DNA of 64,000 nucleotides, from positions 26,040,001-26,104,000 of the forward strand of contig CM119382.1 of assembly GCA_051294905.1 (NCBI GenBank), read 5' to 3'. The notes under the pieces are model-generated. The model ran no database searches, was not told the DNA's origin, and saw only the letters and a list, made by a program, of their open reading frames with translations. The position numbers were made by a program, and so were the translations under genes. Positions 8,481 through 20,450 of the stretch are shown here, piece after piece (positions within the stretch are counted from its first letter, which is position 1; every line of letters begins with the position of its first letter). The DNA comes from Botryllus schlosseri. Its lineage: Eukaryota.

Positions 8481-9080
8481 GTTCTACCCACGGGGTTCTT
8501 TAAGTATGGGTTGCGACTAGGGCTGAGCAACATCGAGTACCTGAGTGATTCGATTCTGAATCACGTAATATGCTTCGAGTCGAGTATTCGAGTATCAATC
8601 ATTATGACGTCACAACAAAATTTGATATGTCAAAGTTCAAATATGTACCTTTTGTGTCACCACAAAGAGTAGGCTACAATGCCTGATATCCATCATATTA
8701 AAGATACCCTGGTATTTCTTCGACCGTACCAATTTCATTAAACTTTGTGACAATATTGTTGGTGGATGATGATTTCGGAAATGCTTTTCAAGAAACGGTC
8801 GTAACTTTGCACTATATGTTTCGTACGCTGCGATACGCCCAATAAAGGTTTGAAATAAGAATCGAAACCATAATTCTCGTTGATAAAATTAAATTCAGTA
8901 GCGAGGAGCGTATGATTTCTTTTCTTTTCGGACGTCACTGGGTTGGATGCAATAGCCAATAAGCGAGACATGCAGAAAAGTAGTTACAACAATATGGCAC
9001 GATCATGAAAAAACGTCGACTTTGGGTTGCGCAAATTTGTTTGAATTCAAGATAAGATTTGTCCCACAATGGATTCTCTG

Positions 9081-9255
9081 TTTAGAGTCAAGTGTACCTG
9101 TTTGATGCTGGTGTGATCAGACTAGATGACCCTCACGGTCTTATCGATCATTCCTATCTAATACCGAATACTGTGCATGCATATTTTCTGTACCACCACC
9201 ACTGCCGAGTGTTATGTATTTTGGTTTGATGAAAAAAGACTCTCTCTCTCTCTCT
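9081..9255 (+). mobile_element. 175-bp insertion with (CT)n tail, probably the 3' end of a 5'-truncated LINE/SINE
   Basis: Absent from all other units; flanked by the 7-bp direct repeat TTCTCTG (9074-9080, 9256-9262); ends GAAAAAAGA(CT)n. Confidence 0.7.
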
Positions 9256-9475
9256 TTCTCTGGAAAACACTGTCGGAGACCGTTCGGATGATTTACTCTA
9301 GCATGACCGTTAAGCGCACGAAAAACGTTGGTTCGTGTATGTCCCGGACAGCCCACCGTATTTTCACAAGGGATGTGCTAAGCACACACATTCTGATAAT
9401 CGGCTGGTAAACTCAGCAGAGCATTATAAACCTGTTTAACTTGAGCACATCGATGAATATGTGACGGTCGGTCCA

Positions 9476-9548
9476 AGTTCCGTAGTGTAGCGGTTATCAC
9501 GTCTGCTTCACACGCAGAAGGTCCTGGGTTCAAGCCCCAGCGGAACTA
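9476..9548 (+). tRNA. tRNA-Val-CAC: tRNA-Val(CAC)
   Basis: Intact cloverleaf, acceptor AGTTCCG/CGGAACT. Confidence 0.93.
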
Positions 9549-10215
9549 TGTCTTCAATCTTTTCTATTTTATTCAGAACAATCGTCCATGCGTGAATTAA
9601 AGCTATACTCGGGATGAGCGTATATGCCGATTGGCAACATCTCGTTCTTCCCCTCTTACTCTCAAGCGTTCCTAATAATGATCTGTGAACACACGGGCAA
9701 TTGAGCTTGCGGAGGCCTGCCATATTCTCAGAACCCAAAATAGGGACGATTTTTCTCGGCGTCAAGCTCGCTCGTTACGAGCAAGAAAGTTACAAAGACG
9801 GACGAAGAAACGGGAAGTTCAAACAGATTCTTCGGGTCGCGAGAGAGTCGACCTTGATTTTAATCAACACATCGTCAGTAGCTTGCTAGGTATTGACATT
9901 TTTCGTCTTCGATGTCTGATCGCATAAAAATCTCGTTGAAAGCATTTGGCATGCGTTGTATGAATTTCGTATTAGTGCATCGTTTTCTACATCCCGCATG
10001 TAGCCTTTATGTCGGGAATTTTGCGTTAAGATTGGTAAACCAACACCGATATTGTGGCGCGTCCGTAGAACATTGGTCACTGTATGCCTTGCATGCCATA
10101 CCACAATGCATTCGCCGTACATACATAATGAAACGATCCGTTTGTGAACTAAACATAAAATACGTGTAAACCTGTGCAATCTGTATCCATCGATGAAATG
10201 GCACGCGTACGGACG

Positions 10216-10288
10216 AGTTCCGTAGTGTAGTGGTTATCACGTCTGCTTAACACGCAGAAGGTCCTGGGTTCAAGCCCCAGCAGAACTA
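10216..10288 (+). tRNA. tRNA-Val-AAC: tRNA-Val(AAC), C6xA67
   Basis: Cloverleaf, AAC anticodon. Confidence 0.88.
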
Positions 10289-11045
10289 CTTTGACGCGTC
10301 TTCCTGTTCTATTTGGTAAAATCTCTGGATTATATATTAAAGCTTTAAAACCAGGGATGTTCGTATACACCGTAGGAAAATTACTCCAGCATTCCTAAAA
10401 CGATGGGAATATAATCCATTCCATTCGCATTTTAATTTAACGATTATTGATTAAATTAATTAGTTCGACACGCACTGGAAGTCACGGCAATCATATGTGC
10501 TACAAAAGATCGAAATATCGTCCTCCGTCCTCCACAATGGCTAGTGCACACTCTTGATAATTGACGTTCCAATCCGTATCGTTGGGGTCCAATCCTAATC
10601 TCATATCTGAAATCTTTACGTGTTCCAATTTTAATCCTATTCTCATTTTTGGGCTTCCTGGAAAAGTTACAGGAGAACTGTATCGTGGGAAACGGGCCAG
10701 GCTTGCTGTACCGACATTTGTCGTCGTCGTGCTTGTTGGAATGAACTCTGACTCGATATGAAATGTACTTGCTTCAATTTCCAAGTTTCCCGAATTCAGT
10801 GATTTAATTCTTACCTAATCCGTAGAAAATTCCCATTCTAATGTAATTTGGAATATATGGAAGTTTGGTTCAACTCTGCAACTGCTATGCTGGAACGTGA
10901 CGAAAAATTTCGATAAAATAGTACTTCTAATGGCCGGTAGGCTACCTACAATTATTTCCAAGTGCATGTTTTATAAAAAAACTCCGATATTATCGGTGAA
11001 GCGATAAGCGGTCTCGGGTCTCAAAAGAAATTCCGGCGTCAAAGC

Positions 11046-11118
11046 TGCCGCGACCCGGGATTGAACCAGGAACCTTCAGATCTTCAGTCTGACGCTCTCC
11101 CGACTGAGCTATCGCGGC
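11046..11118 (-). tRNA. tRNA-Phe-GAA: tRNA-Phe(GAA), C48T variant
   Basis: Cloverleaf; AGGTT in the variable loop. Confidence 0.85.
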
Positions 11119-11126
11119 GATTCAGG

Positions 11127-11200
11127 TTGCCAGTACGGGGCTCGAACCCGCGACATTTGCGGTATTAGCACGACGCTCTAACCAACTGAGCTAACCGGCC
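11127..11200 (-). pseudogene. Degenerate tRNA-Ile(AAT)
   Basis: C72A breaks the first acceptor pair; anticodon-stem mismatch; A38C. Confidence 0.65.
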
Positions 11201-12211
11201 CATATCTACCTCGACGGACCGTGGCGTCATAAACCAATAAATGACGTGGAAATTTCAAAAATGTTCCTTTTATTTGGTTTGAAGTGTTTGCAGTGTTTGC
11301 AGTTTGTTGATGGAATGCCGGGAGATCGCTGTCACAGTACAATCTCGTTCGGACGTTCGGATCAACTTCGTTTACCATACGCCAAACTCTATCATGTCCA
11401 GAGGTTCGCATTGGAAAACTATCCTTAGTAGGTTCTACCCACGGGGTTCTTGAAGTATGGGTTGCGACTAGGGCTGAGCAACATCGAGTACCTGAGTGAT
11501 TCGATTCCGAATCACGCGATATGCTTCGAGTCGAGTATTCGAGTATCAATCATTATGACGTCACAACAAAATTTGATATGTCAAAGTTCAAATGCCTGAT
11601 ATCCATCATATTAAAGATACCCTGGTATTTCTTCGACCGTACCAATTTCATTAAACTTTGTGACAATATTGTTGGTGGATGATGATTTCGGAAATGCTTT
11701 TCAAGAAACGGTCGTAACTTTGCACTATATGTTTCGTACGCTGCGATACGCCCAATAAAGGTTTGAAATAAGAATCGAAACCATAATTCTCGTTGATAAA
11801 ATTAAATTCAGTAGCGAGGGGCGTATGATTTCTTTTCTTTTCGGACGTCACTGGGTTGGATGCAATAGCCAATAAGCGAGACATGCAGAAAAGTAGTTAG
11901 GCTACAACAATATGGCACGATCATGAACAAACGTCGACTTTATGTTGCGCAAATTTGTTTGAATTCAAGATAAGATTTGTCCCACAATGGATTCTCTGGA
12001 AAACACTGTCGGAGACTGCTCGGATGATTTACTCTAGTATGACCGTTAAGCGCACGAAAAACGTTGGTTCGTGTATGTCCCGGACAGCCCACCGTATTTT
12101 CACAAGGGATGTGCTAAGCAAACACATTCTGATAATCGGCTGGTAAACTCAGCAGAGCATTATAAACCTGTTTAACTTGAGCACATCGATGAATATGTGA
12201 CGGTCGGTCCA

Positions 12212-12284
12212 AGTTCCGTAGTGTAGCGGTTATCACGTCTGCTTCACACGCAGAAGGTCCTGGGTTCAAGCTCCAGCGGAACTA
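12212..12284 (+). tRNA. tRNA-Val-CAC: tRNA-Val(CAC), C61T B-box variant
   Basis: Cloverleaf; TTCAAGCTCCAG. Confidence 0.82.
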
Positions 12285-12951
12285 TGTCTTCTATCTTTTC
12301 TATTTTATTCAGAACAATCGTCCATGCGTGAATTAAAGCTATACTCGGGATGAGCGTATATGCCGATTGGCAACATCTCGTTATTCCCCTCTTACTCTCA
12401 AGCGTTCTTAATAATGATCTGTGAACACACGGGCAATTGAGCTTGCGGAGGCCTGCCATATTCTCAGAACCCAAAATAGGGACGATTTTTCTCGGCGTCA
12501 AGCTCGCTCGTTACGAGCGAGAAAGTTACAATGACAGACGTAGAAACGGGAAGTTCAAACAGATTCTTCGGGTCGCGAGAGAGTCGACCTTGATTTTAAT
12601 CAACACATCGTCAGTAGCTTGCTAGGTATTGACATTTTTCGTCTTCGATGTCTGATCGCATAAAAATCTCGTTGAAAGCATTTGGCATGCGTTGTATGAA
12701 TTTCGTATTAGTGCATCGTTTTCTACATCCCGCATGTAGCCTTTATGTCGGGAATTTTGCGTTAAGATTGGTAAACCAACACCGATATTGTGGCGCGTCC
12801 GTAGAACATTGGTCGCTGTATGCCTTGCATGCCATACCACAATGCATTCGCCGTACATACATAATGAAACGATCCGTTTGTGAACTAAACATAAAATACG
12901 TGTAAACCTGTGCAATCTGTATCCATCGATGAAATGGCACGCGTACGGACG

Positions 12952-13024
12952 AGTTCCGTAGTGTAGTGGTTATCACGTCTGCTTAACACGCAGAAGGTCC
13001 TGGGTTCAAGCCCCAGCAGAACTA
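12952..13024 (+). tRNA. tRNA-Val-AAC: tRNA-Val(AAC), C6xA67
   Basis: Cloverleaf, AAC anticodon. Confidence 0.88.
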
Positions 13025-13781
13025 CTTTGACGCGTCTTCCTGTTCTATTTGGTAAAATCTCTGGATTATATATTAAAGCTTTAAAATCAGGGATGTTCGT
13101 ATACACCGTAGGAAAATTACTCCAGCATTCCTAAAACGATGGGAATATAATCCATTCCATTCGCATTTTAATTTAACGATTATTGATTAAATTAATTAGT
13201 TCGACACGCACTGGAAGTCACGGCAATCATATGTGCTACAAAAGATCGAAATATCGTCCTCCGTCCTCCACAATGGCTAGTGCAAACTCTTGATAATTGA
13301 CGTTCCAATCCGTATCGTTGGGGTCCAATCCTAATCTCATATCTGAAATCTTTACGTGTTCCAATTTTAATCCTATTCTCATTTTTGGGCTTCCTGGAAA
13401 AGTTACAGGAGAACTGTATCGTGGGAAACGGGCCAGGCTTGCTGTACCGACATTTGTCGTCGTCGTGCTTGTTGGAATGAACTCTGACTCGATATGAAAT
13501 GTACTTGCTTCAATTTCCAAGTTTCCCGAATTCAGTGATTTAATTCTTACCTAATCCGTAGAAAATTCCCATTCTAATGTAATTTGGAATATATGGAAGT
13601 TTGGTTCAACTCTGCTACTGCTATGCTGGAACGTGGCGAAAAATTCCGATAAAATAGTACTTCTAATGGCCGGTAGGCTACCTACAATTATTTCCAAGTG
13701 CATGTTTTATAAAAAAACTCCGATATTATCGGTGAAGCGATAAGCGGTCTCGGGTGTCAAAAGAAATTCCGGCGTCAAAGC

Positions 13782-13854
13782 TGCTGCGACCCGGGATTGA
13801 ACCAGGAACCTTCAGATCTTCAGTCTGACGCTCTCCCGACTGAGCTATCGCGGC
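13782..13854 (-). tRNA. tRNA-Phe-GAA: tRNA-Phe(GAA), G71A + C48T (likely impaired)
   Basis: Cloverleaf with C2xA71 mismatch. Confidence 0.75.
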
Positions 13855-13862
13855 GATTCAGG

Positions 13863-13936
13863 TTGCCAGTACGGGGCTCGAACTCGCGACATTTGCGTTA
13901 TTAGCACGACGCTCCAACCAACTGAGCTAACCGGCC
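13863..13936 (-). pseudogene. Degenerate tRNA-Ile(AAT)
   Basis: Four substitutions: acceptor C72A, T-stem, anticodon stem, D-loop. Confidence 0.72.
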
Positions 13937-14933
13937 CATATCTACCTCGACGGACCGTGGCGTCATAAACCAATAAATGACGTGGAAATTTCAAAAATGT
14001 TCCTTTTATTTGGTTTGAAGTGTTTGCAGTTTGTTGATGGAATGCCGGGAGATCGCTGTCACAGTACAATCTCGTTCGGACGTTCGGAACAACTTCGTTT
14101 ACCATACGCCAAACTCTATCATGTCCAGAGGTTCGCATTGGAAAACTATCCTTAGTAGGTTCTACCCACGGGGTTCTTGAAGTATGGGTTGCGACTAGGG
14201 CTGAGCAACATCGAGTACCTGAGTGATTCGTTTCCGAATCACGTGATATGCTTCGAGTCGAGTATTCGAGTATCAATCATTATGACGTCACAACAAAATT
14301 TGATATGTCAAAGTTCAAATGCCTGATATCCATCATATTAAAGATACCCTTGTATTTCTTCGGCCGTACCAATTTCATTAAACTTTGTGACAATATTGTT
14401 GGTGGATGATGATTTCGGAAATGCTTTTCAAGAAACGGTCGTAACTTTGCACTATATGTTTCGTACGCTGCGATACGCCCAATACAGGTTTGAAATAAGA
14501 ATCGAAACCATAATTCTCGTTGATAAAATTAAATTCAGTAGCGAGGAGCGTATGATTTCTTTTCTTTTCGGACGTCACTGGGTTGGATGCAATAGCCAAT
14601 AAGCGAGACTTGCAGAAAAGTAGTTACAACAATATGGCACGATCATGAACAAACGTCGACTTTATGTTGCGCAAATTTGTTTGAATTCAAGATAAGATTT
14701 GTCCCACAATGAATTCTCTGGAAAACACTGTCGGAGACTGCTCGGATGATTTACTCTAGTATGACCGTTAAGCGCACGAAAAACGTTGGTTCGTGTATGT
14801 CCCGGACAGCCCACCGTATTTTCACAAGGGATGTGCTAAGCATACACATTCTGATAATCGGCTGGTAAACTCAGCAGAGCATTATAAACCTGTTTAACTT
14901 AAGCACATCGATGAATATGTGACGGTCGGTCCA

Positions 14934-15006
14934 AGTTCCGTAGTGTAGCGGTTATCACGTCTGCTTCACACGCAGAAGGTCCTGGGTTCAAGCCCCAGCG
15001 GAACTA
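14934..15006 (+). tRNA. tRNA-Val-CAC: tRNA-Val(CAC)
   Basis: Intact cloverleaf. Confidence 0.93.
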
Positions 15007-15673
15007 TGACTTCTATCGTTTCTATTTTATTCAGAACAATCGTCCATGCGTGAATTAAAGCTATACTCGGGATGAGCGTATATGCCGATTGGCAACATCT
15101 CGTTATTCCCCTCTTTCTCTCAAGCGTTCTTAATAATGATCTGTGAACACACGGGCAATTGAGCTTGCGGAGGCCTGCCATATTCTCAGAACCCAAAATA
15201 GGGACGATTTTTCTCGGCGTCAAGCTCGGTCGTTACGAGCAAGAAAGTTACAATAGCAGACGTAGAAACGGGAAGTTCAAACAGATTCTTCGGGTCGCGA
15301 GAGAGTCGACCTTGATTTTAATCAACACATCGTCAGTAGCTTGCTAGGTATTGACATTTTTCGTCTTCGATGTCTGATCGCATAAAAATCTCGTTGAAAG
15401 CATTTCGCATGCGTTGTATGAATTTCGTATTAGTGCATCGTTTTCTACATCCCGCATGTAGCCTTTATGTCGGGAATTTTGCGTTAAGATTGGTAAACCA
15501 ACACCGATATTGTGGCGCGTCCGTAGAACATTGGTCGCTGTATGCCTTGCATGCCATACCACAATGCATTCGCCGTACATACATAATGAAACGATCCGTT
15601 TGTGAACTAAACATAAAATACGTGTAAACCTGTGCAATCTGTATCCATCGATGAAATGGCACGCGTACGGACG

Positions 15674-15746
15674 AGTTCCGTAGTGTAGTGGTTATCACGC
15701 CTGCTTAACACGCAGAAGGTCCTGGGTTCAAGCCCCAGCGGAACTA
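15674..15746 (+). tRNA. tRNA-Val-AAC: tRNA-Val(AAC), T27C; acceptor fully paired
   Basis: Cloverleaf; CCTGC in the anticodon stem. Confidence 0.85.
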
Positions 15747-16503
15747 CTTTGACGCGTCTTCCTGTTCTATTTGGTAAAATCTCTGGATTATATATTAAAG
15801 CTTTAAAACCAGGGATGTTCATATACAGCGTAGGAAAATTACTCCAGCATTCCTAAAACGATGGGAATATAATCCATTCCATTCGCATTTTAATTTAACG
15901 ATTATTGATTAAATTAATTAGTTCGACACGCACTGGAAGTCACGGCAATCATATGTGCTACAAAAGATCGAAATATCGTCCTCCGTCCTCCACAATGGCT
16001 AGTGCACACTCTTGATAATTGACGTTCCAATCCGTATCGTTGGGGTCCAATCCTAATCTCATATCTGAAATCTTTACGTGTTCCAATTTTAATCCTATTC
16101 TCATTTTTGGGCTTCCTGGAAAAGTTACAGGAGAACTGTATCGTGGGAAACGGGCCAGGCTTGCTGTAACGACATTTGTCGTCGTCGTGCTTGTTGGAAT
16201 GAACTCTGACTCGATATGAAATGTACTTGCTTCAATTTCCAAGTTTCCCGAATTCAGTGATTTAATTCTTACCTAATCCGTAGAAAATTCCCATTCTAAT
16301 GTAATTTGGAATATATGGAAGTTTGGTTCAACTCTGCTACTGCTATGCTGGAACGTGACGAAAAATTCCGATAAAATAGTACTTCTAATGGCCGGTAGGC
16401 TACCTACAATTATTTCCAAGTGCATGTTTTATAAAAAAACTCCGATATTATCGGTGAAGCGATAAGCGGTCTCGGGTCTCAAAAGAAATTCCGGCGTCAA
16501 AGC

Positions 16504-16523
16504 TGCCGCGACCCGGGATTGAG

Positions 16524-16559
<36 letters not shown>

Positions 16560-16576
16560 GACTGAGCTATCGCGGC
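16504..16576 (-). tRNA. tRNA-Phe-GAA: tRNA-Phe(GAA), T54C B-box variant
   Basis: GGCTCAATC instead of GGTTCAATC. Confidence 0.8.
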
Positions 16577-16584
16577 GATTCAGG

Positions 16585-16658
16585 TGGCCAGTACGGGGCT
16601 CGAACCCGCGACATTCGCGTTATTAGCACGACGCTCTAACCAACTGAGCTAACCGGCC
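16585..16658 (-). tRNA. tRNA-Ile-AAT: tRNA-Ile(AAT)
   Basis: Intact cloverleaf. Confidence 0.94.
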
Positions 16659-17655
16659 CATATCTACTTCGACGGACCGTGGCGTCATAAACCAATAAAT
16701 GACGTGGAAATTTCAAAAATGTTCCTTTTATTTGGTTCGAAGTGTTTGCAGTTTGTTGATGGAATGCCGGGAGATCGCTGTCACAGTACAATCTCGTTCG
16801 GACGTTCGGATCAACTTCGTTTACCATACGCCAAACTCTATCATGTCCAGAGGTTCGCATTGGAAAACTATCCTTAGTAGGTTCTACCCACGGGGTTCTT
16901 GAAGTATGGGTAGCGACTAGGGCTGAGCAACATCGAGTACCTGAGTGATTCGTTTCCGAATCACGTGATATGCTTCGAGTCGAGTATTCGAGTATCAATC
17001 ATTATGACGTCACAACAAAATTTGATATGTCAAAGTTCAAATGCCTGATATCCATCATATTAAAGATACCCTTGTATTTCTTCGGCCGTACCAATTTCAT
17101 TAAACTTTGTGACAATATTGTTGGTGGATGATGATTTCGGAAATGCTTTTCAAGAAACGGTCGTAACTTTGCACTATATGTTTCGTACGCTGCGATACGC
17201 CCAATACAGGTTTGAAATAAGAATCGAAACCATAATTCTCGTTGATAAAATTAAATTCAGTAGCGAGGAGCGTATGATTTCTTTTCTTTTCGGACGTCAC
17301 TGGGTTGGATGCAATAGCCAATAAGCGAGACTTGCAGAAAAGTAGTTACAACAATATGGCACGATCATGAACAAACGTCGACTTTATGTTGCGCAAATTT
17401 GTTTGAATTCAAGATAAGATTTGTCCCACAATGGATTCTCTGGAAAACACTGTCGGAGACTGCTCGGATGATTTACTCTAGTATGACCGTTAAGCGCACG
17501 AAAAACGTTGGTTCGTGTATGTCCCGGACAGCCCACCGTATTTTCACAAGGGATGTGCTAAGCATACACATTCTGATAATCGGCTGGTAAACTCAGCAGA
17601 GCATTATAAACCTGTTTAACTTGAGCACATCGATGAATATGTGACGGTCGGTCCA

Positions 17656-17728
17656 AGTTCCGTAGTGTAGCGGTTATCACGTCTGCTTCACACGCAGAAG
17701 GTCCTGGGTTCAAGCTCCAGCGGAACTA
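17656..17728 (+). tRNA. tRNA-Val-CAC: tRNA-Val(CAC), C61T
   Basis: Cloverleaf; B-box variant. Confidence 0.82.
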
Positions 17729-18395
17729 TGTCTTCTATCTTTTCTATTTTATTCAGAACAATCGTCCATGCGTGAATTAAAGCTATACTCGGGATGAGCG
17801 TATATGCCGATTGGCAACATCTCGTTATTCCCCTCTTACTCTCAAGCGTTCTTAATAATGATCTGTGAACACACGGGCAATTGAGCTTGCGGAGGCCTGC
17901 CATATTCTCAGAACCCAAAATAGGGACGATTTTTCTCGGCGTCAAGCTCGCTCGTTACGAGCAAGAAAGTTACAATGACAGACGTAGAAACGGGAAGTTC
18001 AAACAGATTCTTCGGGTCGCGAGAGAGTCGACCTTGATTTTAATCAACACATCGTCAGTAGCTTGCTAGGTATTGACATTTTTCGTCTTCGATGTCTGAT
18101 CGCATAAAAATCTCGTTGAAAGCATTTGGCATGCGTTGTATGAATTTCGTATTAGTGCATCGTTTTCTACATCCCGCATGTAGCCTTTATGTCGGGAATT
18201 TTGCGTTAAGATTGGTAAACCAACACAGATATTGTGGCGCGTCCGTAGAACATTGGTCGCTGTATGCCTTGCATGCCATACCACAATGCATTCGCCATAC
18301 ATACATAATGAAACGATCCGTTTGTGAACTAAACATAAAATACGTGTAAACCTGTGCAATCTGTATCCATCGATGAAATGGCACGCGTACGGACG

Positions 18396-18468
18396 AGTTC
18401 CGTAGTGTAGTGGTTATCACGTCTGCTTAACACGCAGGAGGTCCTGGGTTCAAGCCCCAGCAGAACTA
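18396..18468 (+). tRNA. tRNA-Val-AAC: tRNA-Val(AAC), A43G + C6xA67
   Basis: Cloverleaf; T27-G43 wobble. Confidence 0.85.
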
Positions 18469-19225
18469 CTTTGACGCGTCTTCCTGTTCTATTTGGTAAA
18501 ATCTCTGGATTATATATTAAAGCTCTTAAACCAGGGATGTTCGTATACACCGTAGGAAAATTACTCCAGCATTCCTAAAACGATGGGAATATAATCCATT
18601 CCATTCGCATTTTAATTTAACGATTATTGATTAAATTAATTAGTTCGACACGCACTGGAAGTCACGGCAATCATATGTGCTACAAAAGATCGAAATATCG
18701 TCCTCCGTCCTCCACAATGGCTAGTGCACGCTCTTGATAATTGACGTTCCAATCCGTATCGTTGGGGTCCAATCCTAATCTCATATCTGAAATCTTTACG
18801 TGTTCCAATTTTAATCCTATTCTCATTTTTGGGCTTCCTGGAAAAGTTACAGGAGAACTGTATCGTGGGAAACGGGCCAGGCTTGCTGTACCGACATTTG
18901 TCGTCGTTGTGCTTGTTGGAATGAACTCTGACTCGATATGAAATGTACTTGCTTCAATTTCCAAGTTTCCCGAATTCAGTGATTTAATTCTTACCTAATC
19001 CGTAGAAAATTCCCATTCTAATGTAATTTGGAATATATGGAAGTTTGGTTCAACTCTGCTACTGCTATGCTGGAACGTGACGAAAAATTCCGATAAAATA
19101 GTACTTCTAATGGCCGGTAGGCTACCTACAATTATTTCCAAGTGCATGTTTTATAAAAAAACTCCGATATTATCGGTGAAGCGATAAGCGGTCTCGGGTC
19201 TCAAAAGAAATTCCGGCGTCAAAGC

Positions 19226-19298
19226 TGCCGCGACCCGGGATTGAGCCAGGAACCTTCAGATCTTCAGTCTGACGCTCTCCCGACTGAGCTATCGCGGC
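19226..19298 (-). tRNA. tRNA-Phe-GAA: tRNA-Phe(GAA), T54C + C48T
   Basis: Cloverleaf with B-box lesion. Confidence 0.78.
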
Positions 19299-19306
19299 GA
19301 TTCAGG

Positions 19307-19380
19307 TGGCCAGTACGGGGCTCGAACCCGCGACATTCGCGTTATTAGCACGACGCTCTAACCAACTGAGCTAACCGGCC
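19307..19380 (-). tRNA. tRNA-Ile-AAT: tRNA-Ile(AAT)
   Basis: Intact cloverleaf. Confidence 0.94.
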
Positions 19381-20377
19381 CATATCTACTTCGACGGACC
19401 GTGGCGTCATAAACCAATAAATGACGTGGAAATTTCAAAAATGTTCCTTTTATTTGGTTTGAAGTGTTTGCAGTTTGTTGATGGAATGCCGGGAGATCGC
19501 TGTCACAGTACAATCTCGTTCGGACGTTCGGATCAACTTCGTTTACCACACGCCAAACTCTATCATGTCCAGAGGTTCGCATTGGAAAACTATCCTTAGT
19601 AGGTTCTACCCACGGGGTTCTTGAAGTATGGGTTGCGACTAGGGCTGAGCAACATCGAGTACCTGAGTGATTCGTTTCCGAATCACGTGATATGCTTCGA
19701 GTCGAGTATTCGAGTATCAATCATTATGACGTCACAACAAAATTTGATATGTCAAAGTTCAAATGCCTGATATCCATCATATTAAAGATACCCTTGTATT
19801 TCTTCGGACGTACCAATTTCATTAAACTTTGTGACAATATTGTTGGTGGATGATGATTTCGGAAATGCTTTTCAAGAAACGGTCGTAACTTTGCACTATA
19901 TGTTTCGTATGCTGCGATACGCCCAATACAGGTTTGAAATAAGAATCGAAACCATAATTCTCGTTGATAAAATTAAATTCAGTAGCGAGGAGCGTATGAT
20001 TTCTTTTCTTTTCGGACGTCACTGGGTTGGATGCAATAGCCAATAAGCGAGACTTGCAGAAAAGTAGTTACAACAATATGGCACGATCATGAACAAACGT
20101 CGACTTTATGTTGCGCAAATTTGTTTGAATTCAAGATAAGATTTGTCCCACAATGGATTCTCTGGAAAACACTGTCGGAGACTGCTCGGATGATTTACTC
20201 TAGTATGACCATTAAGCGCACGAAAAACGTTGGTTCGTGTATGTCCCGGACAGCCCACCGTATTTTCACAAGGGATGTGCTAAGCATACACATTCTGATA
20301 ATCGGCTGGTAAATTCAGCAGAGCATTATAAACCTGTTTAACTTGAGCACATCGATGAATATGTGACGGTCGGTCCA

Positions 20378-20450
20378 AATTCCGTAGTGTAGCGGTTATC
20401 ACGTCTGCTTCACACGCAGAAGGTCCTGGGTTCAAGCCCCAGCGGAACTA
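20378..20450 (+). tRNA. tRNA-Val-CAC: tRNA-Val(CAC), G2A
   Basis: Same variant as 505-577. Confidence 0.88.
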
